A stretch of DNA of 44,394 nucleotides from Fibrobacterota bacterium (GTDB lineage Bacteria > Fibrobacterota > Fibrobacteria > UBA5070), in the NCBI GenBank assembly GCA_039798005.1, contig JBDKGV010000002.1:1-44394 (forward strand). The letters are read 5' to 3'. A program made the position numbers and the translations under genes. How positions within the stretch are numbered: position 1 is the stretch's first letter; every line of letters begins with the position of its first letter. Under the pieces are notes generated by a model, which worked only from the letters and a program-made list of their open reading frames with translations, had not been told where the DNA came from and searched no databases. Positions 43,225 through 44,394 of the stretch are shown here, one piece after another.

Positions 43225-43300
43225 CTGACAGACTTGCGCTGAGCTTGTCGAAGCAACCTGTCAAACTCGCACCCTCCCGCTGCGGGAGAGGTGAGCGGTT
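43225..43300. repeat. Palindromic intergenic element(s), REP-like
   Basis: TGACAG...CTGTCA arms enclose GCTGAGCTTGTCGAAGC; they are followed by a CCCTCCCGC-T-GCGGGAGAGG hairpin. Confidence 0.45.
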
Positions 43301-43305
43301 TGGTC

Positions 43306-44394
43306 TCAGTCGACCATCGGGGCGAACAGCGGATACTGCAGGCAGAGGTCGGAGACCTCGGCGCGCAGGCCCTTGAGCACGGACTCGTTGCCCTTGTTCT
43401 CGACGGCGCGGTTGATGACGCTTGCCACGATGTCGACCTGCTCGAGGCCAAAGCCACGGGTGGTGATGGCGGCGGCGCCCAGGCGCAGGCCCGACGGATC
43501 GAGCGGCTTGCGGGAGTCGAAGGGGATGGTGGAGCGGGAGGAGGAGATGCCCACCTCGTCCAGAAGCACTTCGGCTTCCTTGCCGGCCATTCCCTTGGAG
43601 GTCATGTCGACCACGATCAAGTGGTTGTCGGTGCCGCCGGAGATCACGGAGAAGCCGTTCTCGGTCAGGCGGGAAGACAGGCGCTGGGCGTTTGCGATCA
43701 CGTTCTTGGCGTACTTGCCGAAGGCGGGGCGCAGAGCCTCGCCGAAGGCCACGGCCTTGGCCACGATCTGCGGGATGTGCGGTCCGCCCTGCATGCCGGG
43801 GAAGATGGCGCGGTCGAACTTCTTGGCAAGGTCGGCGTTGTTGGTGAGAATCAGGGCGCCACGGGGGCCGCGCAGGGTCTTGTGGGTGGTGGTGGTCACC
43901 ACGTCGAAGCAGCTCATGGGGGACTCGATCGCCTTGCCGGCCACCAGGCCTGCGATGTGGGCGATGTCGGCCATGGTGTAGGCGCCAACCTCGTCGGCGA
44001 TGGACTTGAAGGCCTTCCAGTCCAGGTCGCGGGAGTAGGCGCTGAAGCCCGCCAAGATCAGCTTGGGGCGCTCGCGCAGGGCGATCTCGCGCACCTTGTT
44101 CATGTCGATGCGGCCGGTGTCCTTTTCCACGGTGTACTGCACGAAGTTGTACAGGATGCCGGAGGCGTTGACGGGGTGGCCGTGGGAGAGGTGGCCGCCG
44201 TGGTCCAGGGCAAGGCCCAGCACCTTGTCGCCCGGGTTCAGGAGGGCGAAGAAGACGGAGAGGTTGGCGGGCGAGCCGGAGAGGGGCTGCACATTGGCGA
44301 AGCCCGCGCCGAAGAGCTCCTTGGCGCGCTCGATGGCGGCGCGCTCGACCACGTCCACGTATTCCTGGCCGCCGTAGTAGCGCTTGCCGGGGTA
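43306..44394 (-). CDS. glyA: Serine hydroxymethyltransferase (5' end outside the window)
   Basis: YPGKRYYGG, NVQPLSGS, GGHLSHG, TTTTHKTLRGPRG, PGMQGGP, GGTDNH. Confidence 0.97.
   Translation of the reverse strand, partial: YPGKRYYGGQEYVDVVERAAIERAKELFGAGFANVQPLSGSPANLSVFFALLNPGDKVLGLALDHGGHLSHGHPVNASGILYNFVQYTVEKDTGRIDMNKVREIALRERPKLILAGFSAYSRDLDWKAFKSIADEVGAYTMADIAHIAGLVAGKAIESPMSCFDVVTTTTHKTLRGPRGALILTNNADLAKKFDRAIFPGMQGGPHIPQIVAKAVAFGEALRPAFGKYAKNVIANAQRLSSRLTENGFSVISGGTDNHLIVVDMTSKGMAGKEAEVLLDEVGISSSRSTIPFDSRKPLDPSGLRLGAAAITTRGFGLEQVDIVASVINRAVENKGNESVLKGLRAEVSDLCLQYPLFAPMVD

Overview
GC-rich bacterial chromosomal segment. It is probably Fibrobacterota, inferred from a TIGR02147-like gene paired with a lipoprotein and a GH43-CBM6 enzyme with a short T9SS-like tail. 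The left ~25.5 kb holds housekeeping and envelope genes: partial lipoate ligase, GH43, hslO, a phosphatase, argA, TIGR02147 plus lipoprotein, M48 peptidase, lolC/E-like permease, slyD, a repeat lipoprotein, ahpC, a DEDDh exonuclease, ppnP, tyrS, a SurA/PpiD-like PPIase and obgE. The right ~17.5 kb is an ABC-transporter (wzm/wzt) polysaccharide locus made of two convergent operons, followed by a partial glyA. The main unexplained signal is a dispersed 15-bp palindrome (NGACRR-N3-YYGTCN, best copy TGACAGATTCTGTCA). It occurs inside genes and between them, clusters around the TIGR02147 locus, and has no perfect copy in the polysaccharide locus in my manual scan. Also notable are apparent leaderless promoters, an AsnB-like/CapA-like polysaccharide-modifying pair and a possible higBA scar. 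I saw no rRNA, tRNA, CRISPR array or transposase. All family calls are from motif recognition by eye, not database searches.
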